DNA from: Myxococcota bacterium
Lineage (GTDB): Bacteria; Myxococcota; Myxococcia; Myxococcales; Myxococcaceae
Assembly (NCBI GenBank): GCA_040755835.1
Contig: JBFMAB010000122.1
Span: forward strand, 107,180 to 146,503
DNA: 39,324 bases
Direction: 5' to 3'
In this document: piece after piece, positions 9,528 through 18,009 of the stretch
Layout: each line of letters starts with the position of its first letter
Position numbering within the stretch: the first letter of the stretch is position 1
Translations under genes and position numbers: made by a program
Notes under the pieces: model-generated
The model's database searches: none
Told to the model about the DNA's origin: nothing
Seen by the model: the letters and a program-made list of their open reading frames with translations, nothing else

Positions 9528-10112
9528 ATGGCCATCATCACGCCAGGCAAGCGGTTCGGTAAGCGGCTGATGCACTCGAAGATCTTCGGCCACCACGCCA
9601 TGTTGGGGAAGAAGTCCGTCTTCTCCGACCTGAACGTGACGCCGCTGGTCGACATGTTCGTCATCCTCGTGCTCTTCCTCATCGCCAACTTCTCGGCGAC
9701 GGGTGAAATCCTCGCGATGTCGAAGGACATCCAGCTGCCCGAGGCGGCGAACACCGACGAGCTGCAGCTCGCGCCGGTCGTGCAGGTGTCGACGGAGTCG
9801 GTCATCGTGTCCGGCATCATGATTGGCCGGGTCGACGACCTGACCCGCGAGGACTACCTCAACATCCCCGCGCTCGAGGAGAAGCTGCGCGAGATGAAGA
9901 AGGAGTTCGAGGATCTGCACAACGCGGCCAACGACTCCGGCGCCTTCAAGGGCGACGTGAACATCCAGGCGGACAAGCAGGTGCAGTTCCGCATCATCAA
10001 GCGCGTGATGTTCAGCTGCGCCTCGGCCGGCTACGGCAACATCGCCTTCGCGACGATGGCTGCGGGCAGCGAAAACGGTGCGAAGAAGGAAGAGACCGCG
10101 TCCCGCGACTGA
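9528..10112 (+). CDS. ExbD/TolR-family protein, second paralog (AglS/TolR-like)
   Basis: 194 aa. ExbD signature (LNVTPLVDMFVILVLFLIANF). Same strand, 28 nt downstream of the previous gene. Confidence 0.8.
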   Translation: MAIITPGKRFGKRLMHSKIFGHHAMLGKKSVFSDLNVTPLVDMFVILVLFLIANFSATGEILAMSKDIQLPEAANTDELQLAPVVQVSTESVIVSGIMIGRVDDLTREDYLNIPALEEKLREMKKEFEDLHNAANDSGAFKGDVNIQADKQVQFRIIKRVMFSCASAGYGNIAFATMAAGSENGAKKEETASRD

Positions 10113-10138
10113 CTCGCGCTTCGCTGACGCCAGACGAG

Positions 10139-10168
10139 CCCCGGGCGCCCCACGGCCCCGGGGTTTTT
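10139..10168 (+). terminator. Rho-independent terminator candidate after the TolQ-TolR-TolR module
   Basis: GC stem CCCCGGG (10139-45) / CCCGGGG (10157-63) with an 11-nt loop, followed by TTTTT (10164-68). It lies 27 nt after the stop at 10112. Confidence 0.45.
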
Positions 10169-10221
10169 CGTCTTCGCGAAGGGCGCGGTAGAACCCGGCC
10201 ACACCCACATCGGAGCAGCCC

Positions 10222-10545
10222 ATGCTCGCCCTCACCCTGTCCGTGCTGTTGTCCGCAGCGCCCGCGCAGCTCACCATCGAGGTGCAGCCCGAGGGCTGCG
10301 TGGTGAAGGTGGACGGGAAGAAGGCCGGCACCGGGGCGAAGCCCTTCACGGTGAAACTCAAGCCCGGGAAGCACACCATTCGCGTCGAATACAGGGGTGA
10401 CGCCACCACCGAGGAGCTGGCGCTGAAGGCGGGCGAGAAGAAGACGTGGAAGTGGGAGTTCACCGGCGTTTCGCCGGAGCCCCAGAAGGAGGAGGCCGAG
10501 AAGGCCGAGGCCGGCCCGGCCGGCGAGGTGGCCCCGTCGCCTTGA
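10222..10545 (+). CDS. Small secreted PEGA-domain-like protein
   Basis: Signal peptide, then a PEGA-like beta motif (IEVQPEGCVVKVDGKKAGTGAKPFTVKLKPGKHTIRVE) and a Lys/Glu-rich tail. Confidence 0.5.
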   Translation: MLALTLSVLLSAAPAQLTIEVQPEGCVVKVDGKKAGTGAKPFTVKLKPGKHTIRVEYRGDATTEELALKAGEKKTWKWEFTGVSPEPQKEEAEKAEAGPAGEVAPSP

Positions 10546-10605
10546 GGGCTCGTCGAGTCGCTCGACCCTCGGGGCTGCGCTAACCTTCACGTCCGGTGCA
10601 CCGCG

Positions 10606-11313
10606 ATGCCGAATGACCCGGACGATCCGAAGAACTCGTCAGCCGTGGCCGACCTCTTCCCGTTCGACGAGCTGTCGACGGGTGAGACGTCGTCGCTGCT
10701 CAAGCGCGCGAAGCTGGTGACGGGCTTCCAGGACGACCCGACGCCCGAAGTCGACCCGACGCTCAAGCCCACCACCGGCCGCTTCCTCGCGCTCAAGGCC
10801 GCCGCCGACTCGTCGCGGCCGGCCACCGGCGCGCACGCGGCGCTCAAGCCGTCGGCGCCCCTGCCGCCGCGGCCGGGAGGCACCGGCTCGATGCCCGCCT
10901 TCAAGCCGGGCACGACGTCCAGCCAGCCGGCCTTCAACCCGTCGGCGCCGAGGCCGGGCCAGCCCGCGTACCACCCGTCAGCGCCGAGGCCCGGCACGTC
11001 GAGCCAGCCCGCGTACCACCCGTCAGCGCCGCGCGCGGGCACCTCGAGCCAGCCGGCCTTCAACCCGTCGGCCCCGCGGCCACGCCCCAGTACCGGCGCG
11101 CACGCGGCGCTCGACCCGGACGCGCTGCAGCGGGAGATCCGCGCGCGTGCCCGCCACGACGCCGCCGTCGCGCCGCCTCCCGGCGCGAAGCCCGGCCGCC
11201 CGGTGAAGCCGCCGCTGGCCGCCGAGGACACCTTCGTGAAGAAGAAAATCCGCCAGGCGGAGAACAACCTGCCCGACTGGGACTTCGACACCGACGACGA
11301 GGACGCCGGCTGA
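10606..11313 (+). CDS. Pro/Ser-rich low-complexity protein with tandem 14-15-aa repeats (SSQPA[F/Y][N/H]PSAPRPG) and an acidic C-terminus
   Basis: ORF with consistent codon bias, four tandem imperfect repeats, and a C-terminal DWDFDTDDEDAG. No TM segment or signal peptide. Confidence 0.5.
   Translation: MPNDPDDPKNSSAVADLFPFDELSTGETSSLLKRAKLVTGFQDDPTPEVDPTLKPTTGRFLALKAAADSSRPATGAHAALKPSAPLPPRPGGTGSMPAFKPGTTSSQPAFNPSAPRPGQPAYHPSAPRPGTSSQPAYHPSAPRAGTSSQPAFNPSAPRPRPSTGAHAALDPDALQREIRARARHDAAVAPPPGAKPGRPVKPPLAAEDTFVKKKIRQAENNLPDWDFDTDDEDAG
10891..11092 (+). repeat. Tandem 42-45-bp coding repeat, about 4 copies
   Basis: The unit agccagccSgcSttcaacccgtcRgcgccgMgSccSggcacStcg repeats with few substitutions inside the Pro-rich gene. 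Confidence 0.6.
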
Positions 11314-11330
11314 AACGCGCGCCGCCCGCC

Positions 11331-11993
11331 GTGACGAGCCTCTCCCCAGGACCGGGCCAGCCACTCAAGCCAGGCGAGCTGCGCGAGGTGCTGGGCGCCT
11401 TCGTCCTCGCCGAGGCCCGCGAGCCGGGCGAGGTGGCCGTCACCCTGGGCCCGAGGGAGCGCGCGCTGCTCGCGGACATGCCCTGGCCGGTGCGGCGCGC
11501 CGAGTGGCTCGCCGGGCGACGCGTCGCCAAGCGCCTGCTGGAGCGCGCCTTCCAGCTGGCGCCCGGGCGCGTCGAGGTGCTGCCGCTCGAGTCCGGCGCG
11601 CCGCGCGTCTTCGTCGACGGCGAGGCGCGGGCCGACCTGGTGCTGAACCTCTCGCACACCCGCGGCTGGGCCGTGGCCGCCGCGTCCACCGCCGCCGTGG
11701 GCATCGACGCCTGCGACGACGCCGACGGGCCGCGCCTCGAGCGCATCGGCCGGCGCGTCTTCTCCGAAGGCGAGGCCGAGGGCTGCGGCGCGCACGCGAG
11801 CGCCCGCACCCAGGCCGCCGTCTGGGCGCTCAAGGAGGCGGGCCTCAAGCTGCGCATCGGCGGCATCTTCGACCCCGGCGCCCGCAGCATCCGCGTGGTG
11901 TCGCTGGAGCCGGCCCGCATCGCCGACCCGTCGGTGCAGGTGGCGCTCTTGCGCCTGCCCAGCGCCGCCGTCGCCGTCGCCCGCGAGGCCTGA
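11331..11993 (+). CDS. Sfp-type 4'-phosphopantetheinyl transferase
   Basis: PPTase motifs GIDACD (the Mg-binding GxD) and WALKEAGLK (W/FxxKEAxxK). 220 aa. Confidence 0.75.
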   Translation: MTSLSPGPGQPLKPGELREVLGAFVLAEAREPGEVAVTLGPRERALLADMPWPVRRAEWLAGRRVAKRLLERAFQLAPGRVEVLPLESGAPRVFVDGEARADLVLNLSHTRGWAVAAASTAAVGIDACDDADGPRLERIGRRVFSEGEAEGCGAHASARTQAAVWALKEAGLKLRIGGIFDPGARSIRVVSLEPARIADPSVQVALLRLPSAAVAVAREA

Positions 11994-12270
11994 GGCGCCC
12001 GGCCACCTTCGTGGCGCTCGACAGCATCCAGAAGGCCTTCCCCGGCGAGGGCAAGCCCTTCACCTGCGACAACCGGCGCAGGCCACCGGCGCGTACCAGC
12101 GCGCGCCGGTGACGCCGTCGCGCTTCGACCGCGTGGCGCGAAGCTGACGCGAAGGCGCGCACCGACGGCGAGAAGAAGGGCCTCGAAACCTTCGTCGCCG
12201 CGGGCTGCACGGCGCGCCACCTGCCGACGCCCACGCCCGCGCCCGACGCTGGGCCCGGGGAAGCCGGCGC
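11994..12270 (+). pseudogene. Decayed fragment of a di-haem cytochrome c peroxidase (CCP/MauG family) gene
   Basis: Across two frames it reads ...YQRAPVTPSRFDRVA | ADAKARTDGEKKGLETFVAAGCTARH. These match the CCP blocks FExTLxTPxSPFDRYL and TxxEKRGLxLFxxxGCxxCH. The haem CxxCH motif is mutated to CTARH (TGC to CGC). There is a frameshift and stop near 12135-12150. The N-terminal two thirds and the distal part are missing. Confidence 0.35.
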
Positions 12271-12410
12271 CCGGCCTCGAGGGACGACGGGCGCGCGGAC
12301 CGGGACGACGCCGAAGCCGGACCCGACGTCAGGCGGCGCCCGGGAACGCGAGCGCCTCACCGGGCCTGCGCCTGGGGAGGCTTCTTCGTTTCACAGCGCG
12401 AGCAGGCGCT

Positions 12411-13634
12411 TCAGCGCACGAGCTCGCGCGCCTGCGCCACCTTCTCCCCGTTGGGGAAGCGCTTCAGGTAGTCGGCGGCGACCTTCTTCGCCTCGGCCTT
12501 CCGCTTGCTGCGCACCAGCACGTCCAGCCAGCGGCCCATGGCCTCGGGCGCGGTGTCGGCGTTGGGCGCCTCCTTCACGGCCTGGGAGAACCACCTCACC
12601 GCCTGCTGGTCGTCGTGCTCGACGTTGGCCGCGAGGTCGCCCAGGCGAATGGCGGCGGCCACGGCGGCGTCGCTGCCGGGGAAGCGCTCGCGCACCTGCA
12701 GCCACGCCTCGCGGGCGTACGCGGGGTGGCGCGCCTTCTTCGCGGTGTCGCCGAGCAGCAGCACGTCGCTCTTCGGGAGCGAGCGGGTGAGCCAGCTGAA
12801 GCCGGCCTCGTCCGCGGCTTGGATGGCGCCGACCGCGTCGCCGGTGTCGGCGAGGTAACGCCACGACGGGCCCTGGGCCTTCGGCCGCTCCGGCGCGGCC
12901 TGCGGCGTGCGCTTCTCGGACAGCACGCGCACCACCGGCGGCGACGTCTGCGGCGCGCGCTCGGCCTCGGCCACCGCGGGCGGCGTCTCGAGGTACAGCG
13001 AGGCGCGCGGCGGGTTGGAGAAGGCCTCCAGCTTCTGCCGCGAGGTGACGCGCTGCTTCGACAGCCCCGGGCCGTCGACCTCGACGATGCCCTCCTCCAT
13101 CTCCACCTCGATGCCGCCCGCCTCCGGGTTCCACCGCAGCTCGAACTTCGTGCCCACCACGGCGACGCGGTACGGGCCGGCGTGGAAGTTCCAGCGCGTC
13201 TGCTTGTCGCGGTGCACCACCGCCACGTGCGCGGCGCCCTTCTCGAGCAGCACATCGGCGCCGTGGGCCGTCACCTTCGTCACGCGGATCTGCGAGTCCT
13301 TGCGGAGCAGCACCTCGGTGCCGTCGCTGAAGTCGATGGCTTCGTCGCCGGCCTGCGCGAGGACAAACTCGCCAGACGAGCCGGGCTGGCCGCGCACGGT
13401 GAGGCTGAGCGGCGTCTCGGGCCACACCACGAAGGCCACCACCGCCGCGGCGGCGGCCGCCGACAGCACGGGCACCACGAAGCGCCACATCGACGGCGCC
13501 GGCGTGTCGACGCCGTGCAGCTTCTCGGCGAAGCGCGCGCGCGCCCTCGCCAGCACGGCCTGGTCACTCGCCGGACCGGCGTTCTGCCCCTGCCGCTCCA
13601 GCGCCTCGGTGTACTTGTCGCTGAAATCCTTCAT
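12411..13634 (-). CDS. FecR-domain anti-sigma factor with a C-terminal TPR-like region
   Basis: Start MKDFSDKYTEAL overlaps the sigma stop (TCATGA at 13631-13636). One TM (FVVPVLSAAAAAAVVAFVVW). FecR-like beta region (VGTKFELRWNPEAGGIEVEMEEGIVEV). Helical C-terminus. The longer upstream ORF start was rejected. Confidence 0.7.
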   Translation of the reverse strand: MKDFSDKYTEALERQGQNAGPASDQAVLARARARFAEKLHGVDTPAPSMWRFVVPVLSAAAAAAVVAFVVWPETPLSLTVRGQPGSSGEFVLAQAGDEAIDFSDGTEVLLRKDSQIRVTKVTAHGADVLLEKGAAHVAVVHRDKQTRWNFHAGPYRVAVVGTKFELRWNPEAGGIEVEMEEGIVEVDGPGLSKQRVTSRQKLEAFSNPPRASLYLETPPAVAEAERAPQTSPPVVRVLSEKRTPQAAPERPKAQGPSWRYLADTGDAVGAIQAADEAGFSWLTRSLPKSDVLLLGDTAKKARHPAYAREAWLQVRERFPGSDAAVAAAIRLGDLAANVEHDDQQAVRWFSQAVKEAPNADTAPEAMGRWLDVLVRSKRKAEAKKVAADYLKRFPNGEKVAQARELVR

Positions 13635-14317
13635 GACCCGAAGGACCTCCCTTCCGCGAGCCAGGCGCGAATCTCCGGTTCCCGCTGCACCAGCTCGTTG
13701 AACTCGGCTTCCGCCTTCCAGATGCGGCGCTTCGCCGTCGACAGCGACACGCCTACCGTCTCGGCCACCTCGGTCAGCTCCAGGCCTTCGAAGTAGCGGA
13801 GCGTGAAGCACAGTCTCTCGTCGACGCCCAGGCGGTCCAGCACCGCCTTCACGCGCCTCAGCACGAGGCGTTCCTGCACCGCGTCGGACGTGGTGAGCGC
13901 CGGCAGGCCGCTCGTTTCGAGCGCCTCGTCGTTGCCCTCGTCGCCGCCGCCCAGCGGCAGCCACTTCCGCCAGCGGCGCTTCTTGAGCATCGAGCGCGCG
14001 GTGAAGACGGTGAGGCTGCGCAGCCAGGGCTTCAGCTTGTCGGCCTCGCGCACGCGGCCCACGCCCTCGAGCGCGCGGGAGAAGACTTCCTGCACCATGT
14101 CTTCGAGCTCGCCGTCCGCGCCCATCACCCGGCGCAGCACCGACAGCACGTAGGGCGCGAAGCGATCGTAGAAGGCGAGCCACGCCCCGGGCCGGCGCGC
14201 GCGCAAGGCCTCGAGCAGCCGCTCGTCGCTCCCCGCAAAGGCCACCGACGGCGTCGGTCTGGTCATCGCAGCATCCACGCAGGCCCCCAGTCTCCCGGGG
14301 AATCTCCCGCGGTTCAT
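13631..14317 (-). CDS. ECF (sigma-70 family, group IV) RNA polymerase sigma factor
   Basis: Region 2 (DMVQEVFSRAL...) and a region-4 helix-turn-helix (FEGLELTEVAETVGVSLSTAKRRIWKAE). The alternative start is MTRPT at 14266. Confidence 0.8.
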   Translation of the reverse strand: MNRGRFPGRLGACVDAAMTRPTPSVAFAGSDERLLEALRARRPGAWLAFYDRFAPYVLSVLRRVMGADGELEDMVQEVFSRALEGVGRVREADKLKPWLRSLTVFTARSMLKKRRWRKWLPLGGGDEGNDEALETSGLPALTTSDAVQERLVLRRVKAVLDRLGVDERLCFTLRYFEGLELTEVAETVGVSLSTAKRRIWKAEAEFNELVQREPEIRAWLAEGRSFGS

Positions 14318-14428
14318 CCCGTGAAAAATCAGGCAGTTATCAAGCGTGACCGGCTGATTTCGTGGATCAGCGGGCCCGCCCCTGGGGTGTGTCCGGCCGC
14401 GCAGGTGTCCTGAGGGGGTCGCCGCGGT

Positions 14429-15763
14429 TCATCCGAGGCGGAAGCGGCGGATGACGGCCTGGAGCTCTTCGGACAGGGTGGTGAGTTCCTGGGCGGACGC
14501 GGTCATCTGGCCGACGGCCTGGGATTGCTCCTCGATGACGCGCTTGATGGCCTCGGTGGCCAGGGCGTTCTCGCGGGCGACGCCGGAGATGTCGGTGATG
14601 GCCTGCACCATGGCCTGGCTGGATTGCTGCTGGGCCTGCGCGGCGGTGGAGATGTGGGCCACCTTGTCGGCGCCGTCCCTGGCGGAGTCGGAGATGGCGG
14701 CCATCGAGCGCACGATGAGCGAGAGGTCCTCGCGGCCCTGCGCGAGCTCTTCGATGCCCTCCTTCATCGCGGTGACGACGTGCACCGACTGGCCGGAGAT
14801 GTCGCGGGCGAGGCGGCTGATGGCCTCGGCGGACTTGCCGGCGGACTCGGCCAGCTTGCGCACCTCGTCGGCGACGACGGCGAAGCCGCGGCCGTACTCA
14901 CCGGCGCGCGCGGCCTCGATGGTGGCGTTGAGCGCGAGGAGGTTCGTCTGCTGCGCGACCTGGGTGATGGCGTCGACGATCTTGGAGATCTCCTGCGTCT
15001 TCTCGCCGAACTTGAAGACCTCCTGGCTGGCGGTCTCGATGCGGCTGAACACCTTGCGCACCTTCTCGCCGGCGAGTCGCGCGGCGGTGCTGCCTTCTTC
15101 AGCGGACTGCGAGGTGGCGGCAGCGGCCTTGGTCGACTCCTCGGCGGAGCGGGCGGTGCGCTGCAGCACCTCGGCCATCTCGGTGATGGTGCCCTTCGCG
15201 CGCGCCACCAGCGAGGACTGCGCCTCGGCGCCCGCGGCGATGCGCTTCATCGACTCGCCGATCTCGGAGGCCTGCGCGTTGACGCCGGTGGCCGATGCCT
15301 CGAGGCCGGTGGCCGCGTCGGCGACGGCTTCCGCGGTGTGTTGGATGGAGGACACCAGCTCGCGCAGGTTCTCCTGCATGTCGTCGATGGCGACGGCGAG
15401 CTCGTCGATGTCGTCGCGCACGCTGGACGCGTCGAGCTGCACGCGCCGCGAGAGGTCGCCGCGCGAAATCTCAAGCGCCGTCTGCGACAGCTGCTGCACG
15501 CGCGCGACGCGCAACAGCAGCCACGGCAGGGTCACCGCGAGGATGAGCGTCACCAGGAAGGCCGCGATGATTTTCAGCGCCCAGTCCCACGCGTTGCCCA
15601 CGTAGAAGACGCCCACCAGGGCGGTGGCCAGTACCACGTAGCCGGCGAGGATCTTCAAATGCAGCGACACCTGCGCCCGCCGCACGTCCCCCTGCCGCAC
15701 GACGCGCTCCACCGGCTGCCGCCTCGACAGCCCACCAGCCGCCACGTCGGAGGGTCTGCGCAC
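14429..15763 (-). CDS. Methyl-accepting chemotaxis protein (two TMs, HAMP, MCP signalling domain)
   Basis: Two N-terminal TM helices, HAMP, and the highly conserved MCP signalling core ([34 protein letters not shown]). Confidence 0.85.
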   Translation of the reverse strand: MRRPSDVAAGGLSRRQPVERVVRQGDVRRAQVSLHLKILAGYVVLATALVGVFYVGNAWDWALKIIAAFLVTLILAVTLPWLLLRVARVQQLSQTALEISRGDLSRRVQLDASSVRDDIDELAVAIDDMQENLRELVSSIQHTAEAVADAATGLEASATGVNAQASEIGESMKRIAAGAEAQSSLVARAKGTITEMAEVLQRTARSAEESTKAAAATSQSAEEGSTAARLAGEKVRKVFSRIETASQEVFKFGEKTQEISKIVDAITQVAQQTNLLALNATIEAARAGEYGRGFAVVADEVRKLAESAGKSAEAISRLARDISGQSVHVVTAMKEGIEELAQGREDLSLIVRSMAAISDSARDGADKVAHISTAAQAQQQSSQAMVQAITDISGVARENALATEAIKRVIEEQSQAVGQMTASAQELTTLSEELQAVIRRFRLG

Positions 15764-15975
15764 GAGGGGGAGATTTAGCCCCAGACGCCCCCGCCCTCCA
15801 GTTTGCTCCGGCTGTTGCCAGGCCGGGCTTCAGGAGCGCAAGGCGCCGCGCGCGCGGGCGAAGCTGCACGTCGCGTCCGAGGCAGCCTGAGTCCACAGGC
15901 CTGTCGCACCTGCACCCACCGCCCGAGAAGAACGCGACGCGCCGGGGCGGGCGTGTAGACTCGCAGCGGTTTCGC

Positions 15976-18009
15976 GTGGCCACGCCCAGCTTCATCGCCC
16001 CGACCAGTCCGCTCGATCGGCGGCGGCTCGGGAAGTATGAGGTGCTGTGCCGTCTGTCGACGGGCGGCATGAGCGAGATCTACCTCGCGCACCAGACGGG
16101 CCTGGCGGGCTTCAACAAGTTGGTGGTGCTGAAGACCATTCTCCCCGACATCGGCGGGGAAGAAGACTTCGTGCGCATGTTCCTCGACGAGGCCCGCACG
16201 ACGGCGGCCTTCAACCACCCGAACATCGCGCAGGTGTACGAGCTGGACACGGACGACGGCCAGCTCTTCATGGCGATGGAGTTCGTCCAGGGTTGCACGC
16301 TGGTGGAGATGGCGCGGGCCTGCCGCGCGGCGCGCGAGGCGATCCCCATCGGCTTCACGCTGGCGGCGGTGCGTGACACCGCGCTGGCGCTCCACTACGC
16401 GCACACCTTCACCGACGCGCGCGGCCGCAAGCAGATCGTCATCCACCGCGACGTCGCCGAGAAGAACATCATGGTGACGTACGAGGGCGTCACCAAGCTG
16501 CTGGACTTCGGCATCGCCAAGGCGCTGGGGCGCTCGGGCCGCACCGGCGTGGGCATGGTGAAGGGGACGAGCGGCTACATGTCCCCCGAGCAGATCCGCG
16601 GCGAGCCGCTCGACGGGCGCAGCGACATCTTCGCGTTGGGGGTGGTGGCCCACGAGTGCCTCACCGGCCTGCGGCTCTTCCACGGCAAGTCGCCCGAGGA
16701 AGGGATGATGGCGGCGCTCAAGGAGAACGTCGTCCCGCCGTCGAGGTGGAACCCGCAGGTGCCGCCGGCGGTGGACGCGGTCGTGCTCAAGGCGCTGCAG
16801 CGCGATCGCGAAGCGCGCTTCGCCACGGCCCTGGAGTTCGCGCGCGAAATCGACCGCGTCGGCCACGGGCTCATCTGGCACCCGGAGCAGAGCGGCGAGC
16901 TGGTGCTGAAGTACTTCAACGACCGCCGTGCCGAGACGCGCCGGTTGCTCGAGTCGTCCGTCAACCAGGAGGTGACCGGCGAGATCCGGGTGAAGTCCAT
17001 CATCCAGAAGGTGCGCGCCACCGCGTCGACGCCGGGCACGGACGCTCCGAAACCCGAGCAGGCCACGCCCGCGCCCACCCCCGTCATCAGCGCGGCGCTG
17101 CGGCGCCCGACGCAGAACATGCCGCCGGCGACGCAGGGCACGGCGCCGAACATCAACCCTGTCACGCTGCGGCAGCCCGACCCGACCACCTCGCCGGCGC
17201 GCCCGAAGGTGCTGCGCGCCGACCCGCCGCCGGCCCCCGCGCCGCGCGCCATCGACCTGACGCCGCGGGCGAGCGAGTTCGACGACGACGAGGCCGACGC
17301 GAAGACGATTCCCGCGGCGGCGCTGCCCGACGAGGTCCGCGAGCTCCGCAAGCGCATGCTGGAGGCCGCTCAGGCGAAGAAGGCCTCGCCCACCGGCACC
17401 ACCACGCCCGTCGCTGCGTCGGTGCGAACGAGCCGTCCGGACACCAGCTCCATCACCGAGCCCACGCCCGTGCAGCCGCCGGCGCCGGTGGTGGCCTCCG
17501 CCGCCCGCGCCAACCTCGCCACGGAGCCGGAGCGCCGGCCGGTGCTGCCGGTGACGGACGCGAGCCCGGCGCTCAAGGTGCCACCGCGCGACACCGACGG
17601 CGACACGCTCAGCATCACCAACCGCGGGTCGCCGCCCACCGACTGGGACGACGACGACGTGGGCGCGCGCACCACCATCGCCCGCCCCGACGAGGTGCTG
17701 GGGCAGATCAAGAAGCAGCAGTCCGACGACGACCTCCGCGCGACGCAGGAGCGCGAGCCCTCGTCGGTGTACCTGCGCGAGGTGCGCTGGCGGAGCCGCG
17801 CGTTGATGGTGGTGCTGGTGGCGATGGCGCTGCTCGCCGTCGTGGGCATCCTGGTGCTGCTGGAGGTCATCCCCCTGGGCGCCGCCGACGAGCCGCAGGC
17901 GGAAGCAATACCCGCCGTCGTCCAACCCACGGCAGACACCGCGGCCGAGGCGCCGCCCGAGCCGCTGCCCGACGTCCCCGCGCCCACACCCGCGCCGAAC
18001 AAGAGGTAG
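15976..18009 (+). CDS. Hanks-type Ser/Thr protein kinase with a Pro-rich linker and a C-terminal TM segment
   Basis: Kinase subdomains: VLK (Lys), HRD catalytic loop (HRDVAEKN), DFG, SPE. Long Pro/Ala-rich region. TM (ALMVVLVAMALLAVVGILVLL). Confidence 0.85.
   Translation: MATPSFIAPTSPLDRRRLGKYEVLCRLSTGGMSEIYLAHQTGLAGFNKLVVLKTILPDIGGEEDFVRMFLDEARTTAAFNHPNIAQVYELDTDDGQLFMAMEFVQGCTLVEMARACRAAREAIPIGFTLAAVRDTALALHYAHTFTDARGRKQIVIHRDVAEKNIMVTYEGVTKLLDFGIAKALGRSGRTGVGMVKGTSGYMSPEQIRGEPLDGRSDIFALGVVAHECLTGLRLFHGKSPEEGMMAALKENVVPPSRWNPQVPPAVDAVVLKALQRDREARFATALEFAREIDRVGHGLIWHPEQSGELVLKYFNDRRAETRRLLESSVNQEVTGEIRVKSIIQKVRATASTPGTDAPKPEQATPAPTPVISAALRRPTQNMPPATQGTAPNINPVTLRQPDPTTSPARPKVLRADPPPAPAPRAIDLTPRASEFDDDEADAKTIPAAALPDEVRELRKRMLEAAQAKKASPTGTTTPVAASVRTSRPDTSSITEPTPVQPPAPVVASAARANLATEPERRPVLPVTDASPALKVPPRDTDGDTLSITNRGSPPTDWDDDDVGARTTIARPDEVLGQIKKQQSDDDLRATQEREPSSVYLREVRWRSRALMVVLVAMALLAVVGILVLLEVIPLGAADEPQAEAIPAVVQPTADTAAEAPPEPLPDVPAPTPAPNKR

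Noticed and set aside
16047-16376. Small nested plus-strand ORFs inside the kinase gene and similar <130-aa ORFs throughout
   Set aside because: Alternative-frame ORFs inside well-supported genes. Composition is Arg/Pro/Gly-rich and unsupported.
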